Source of the DNA: Somniosus microcephalus
Lineage: Eukaryota
Assembly (NCBI GenBank): GCA_052327205.1
Contig: CM126207.1
Location: 82,522,001 to 82,586,000 of the forward strand
Reading direction: 5' to 3'
Length of the DNA stretch: 64,000 nt
Below the pieces are notes generated by a model. The model was given only the letters and a program-made list of their open reading frames with translations. It had not been told where the DNA came from and ran no database searches. This document shows positions 60,920 through 64,000 of this stretch, piece by piece. Position 1 is the stretch's first letter. Every line of letters begins with the position of its first letter. Position numbers and translations under genes: made by a program.

Positions 60920-61620
60920 GATAGAATTTACAGCACAGAAACAAGCCATTCGGCCCAACTGGTCTGTGCTGGTGTCTATACCCCACAGGAACTGCTACCT
61001 CCAACTCTACTTCATCTAACCCTGCATATCCTTCTATTTCTTTCGCCCTCATTTACTTATCTAGCTTTTCTTTAAAGGTATTTATGCTATTCGCCTCAAC
61101 TAACCACTCTCTGGGTAAAGAAGTATCTCCTGAATTCTTTATTGGATTTATTAGTGACTATCTTTTGTTTATGGCCCCTAATTTTGGACTCGCCCACAAG
61201 TGGAAACATCTTCTCTATGTTTACATTATCAAACCTTTTCATAATTTTAAAGACCTCTATTAGGTCACCCCTTAGCCTTCTCTTTTCTCAATCAAAGAGC
61301 CCCAGCCTATTCAGTCTTGCCTGATAGTTATAATGTCTCAGTTCTGGCATCATCCTTTAAAATCTTTTTTGCACCGTCTCCCATGCCTCTGTATCCTTTT
61401 GTAATATGGAAATGCACACAGTACTATAAGTGTGCTCTAACCAAGATTCTATACAAGTTTAACATAGCCTCCTTGCTTTTCAATTCTATTCCACTAGAAA
61501 TGAACCCCAGTGCTTTGTTTGCATTTTTTTTATGGTCTTGTTAACTTGCGTTGCTGCTTTTAATGATTTGTGAACCCCGAGATCCCTTTGCTCCTCTACT
61601 CCACTTAGACTCTTACTTCT
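60920..61620 (-). mobile_element. CR1 LINE 3' fragment
   Basis: Similarity to the other CR1 3' ends in the window. Confidence 0.8.
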
Positions 61621-63189
61621 TCATGACTTGATGTCAGATAAAGACTCAGGACAGCACAGCAGTTGTCTTGGAGTTGGGGTGGTGGCAGAGAGTTGGTGCT
61701 GGGTATACCCTCTCACATTTGTGAACCCCGAATATTGATTCCTTGGTGTTTTCTGTGATTATTTTGTAACTAAAATATCTCAGATGGTAAAATTGATCAT
61801 GCATGCATGTGCGCACACACAATTAATAATTAATAATTAAGACTGGTTGTAAGAATATTCATGTCTGAGGCACAGACACTCAGCGTTAGAATAAGCTATG
61901 AACTACTCGAGGTTTGCTCAACCCAATTCAAATATTTAAAAGCCATTAAAGTAACATTTGCAGATTATTGGTTGGTATCTGTGATGATGTTTAGTTTGAT
62001 CTCAGCAATCAAGGATTCTGGATAGTTCATTAGTATTAAGTACTAAGAGCGGAAGAGAAATTGAGCAGTTCTTTCAGAGAAATAAAATCACATTAATATT
62101 TTGATGAATACTGTCCATTTACTTCAACAGCAAATAGCACCATCTGTGTATAGGGTCACACCGACACAATTGATGCAACAGAAAAATATGAATTTACATT
62201 ACTTCCTTGTTCCTACGCAGTCCCTCGAATGTCTAAATGGAAGATTGCCAGTAGCTACATGGTAAAATGTGACTCCAATACTCCACAGATCAACAATTGC
62301 ACCATACATTTACTGCTGAGGCTTTCTCAACACTGCTTGTTCATACATATCTGAATGCTAATCAGATTTAGTTATTTTTCTTGTCTGATGTTCTTTGGTA
62401 GATTGGGGAACACATCTACTTATAAATGACAATAGTCTTTGCTTACCCTTGATGACTAATTCCATAAATTTGAATTCATCAATTGTGAAGTTATTTTTGT
62501 TACAGATATAAAAAATTCACATTTAATCATTTCCAATTTCTTCAACAGTCACAGAAAATTCATAGGTTGCATGCTGGGAAACACAATTCTTTGTAATTAT
62601 ATTCCTTTAGAGCTTCATCCCTTCCCTGAGGTTTACTAGTCCATAGGGCTACCCTGCAGTGAAAAACTCTGCAAATTGACAGCTGTTTCAAATGCCAGTT
62701 TCATCAGACAATGAGAGCCTCACTCATGCTACAAGCAACATGACAATTAATCAAAGAATGTTGAAATCTCAAAAGAATCAGCTTCAATCTTCCATCAAAG
62801 CAACTCGCAACATGTTGAATTAAATCAATTTCAAGTTAGATTAATATCAAGTGACAGATATTAGACTCTTTCCCCACTTGTAATGTTTTCCTGTTGAGTC
62901 CAATCCCTGATATAATGTAGTATTGATTTGGATCTCAAAATTTGCCACCACACCATATAGATACTGAAGTAAATGTTGGTATTTACAAAACCATATTTCT
63001 TGTGTGTTTATTTTTAGAATCCCATCATAAATTTTTGACCCTCCTGAAGAGTATGGTTCTACAAGTGTCAGTAACCCTCACTACCTCATACAATGAGTCA
63101 GTGAACGCGTCAACAGAGTACTGGACTGCAGGGGACATCAGAGCCAAACCCAATCTGTCCTCACCCAACATTCACATCCCTACTGCTAT

Positions 63190-64000
63190 TATAGAAACAT
63201 AGAAACATCGAAGCTAGGAGCAGGAGTAGGCCATTCGGCCCTTCGAGCCTGCTCCGCCATTCAATGAGATCATGGCTGATCATCCAAATTCAATACCCTG
63301 TCCCTGCCTTCTCCCCATATCCCTTGATCCCTTTAGCCTTAAGAAATATATCCAACTCTTTCTTGAATATATTTAATGAACTGGCCTCCACCGCCCTCTG
63401 TGGCAGAGAATTCCACAGGTTCACCACTCTTTGGGTGAAGAAATTCCTCCTCATTTCAGTCCGAAATGGCTTACCCCTTATCCTTAGACTATGACCCCTG
63501 GTTCTGGACTCCCCGGCCATCAGAAACACCCTTCCTGCATCTAGTCTGTCCAGGCCTGACAGAATTTTATAGGTTTCGATGAGATTCCCTCTCAATCTTC
63601 TAGACTCCAGTGAGTATAAGCCCAATCGGCACAATCTCTCCTCATACGTCAGCCTGGTGAATCTTCGCTGCACTCCTTCCATGGCAAGAACGTCCTTCCT
63701 CAGGTAAGGTGACCAAAACTGCACACAATACTCAAGGTGCGGTCTTACCAAGGCCCTGTACAACTGTAGCAAAACATCCTTGTTCCTGTACTCGAACCCT
63801 CTTGCTACGAAGGCCAACATACCATTTGCCTTCTTAACCGCCTGCTGCACCTGCATGCTTACCTTCAGCGACTGGTGCACAAGAACACCCAGGTCTCTTT
63901 GCACTTCCCCTTCTCCCAATCTATTGCCATTCAAATAATAATCTGCCTTCCTGTTTTTGCCACCAAAGTGGATAACCTCACATTTATCCACATTATAGTG
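63190..64000 (-). mobile_element. CR1 LINE 3' end, running off the window
   Basis: 233-aa ORF DKCEVIHFG...RPHLEYCVQFW...; atagaaac tail. Confidence 0.93.

Noticed and set aside
62440-62700. Minus-strand peptides faintly like latexin exons 1-2 (LQGSP, TYEFSVTVEEIG)
   Set aside because: Different frames, stops, no matching splice structure; similarity too weak to call a second family member

Overview
Vertebrate nuclear DNA, most likely a cartilaginous fish judging by its CR1/L2 LINEs, Deu-type SINEs and GC-rich Harbinger MITEs. 1-35.2 kb holds the last ten coding exons of GFM1 (mitochondrial EF-G1, + strand), all with GT-AG sites and consistent phase. Nested antisense in the 15.4-30.2 kb intron, where mammals have LXN, is a complete six-exon latexin-family gene (376 aa). 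It looks more like RARRES1, has a signal peptide, and ends in six 16-aa repeats (ESEFGRLEGSGFGRRE). After GFM1 the window is a pile of nested transposons. The standout is a young Gypsy LTR element (44137-49004; LTRs differ at 3 of 254 bp; 5-bp TSD). It keeps gag and protease, but RT/RNaseH/integrase are replaced by an intron-less 485-codon ORF that appears to be an in-frame mosaic of three host genes: ANKRD24/RAI14-family, optineurin and DNAJC21. A separate LTR remnant carries a decayed envelope gene that may be F-type. All homology calls come from recalled protein sequences, not database searches.
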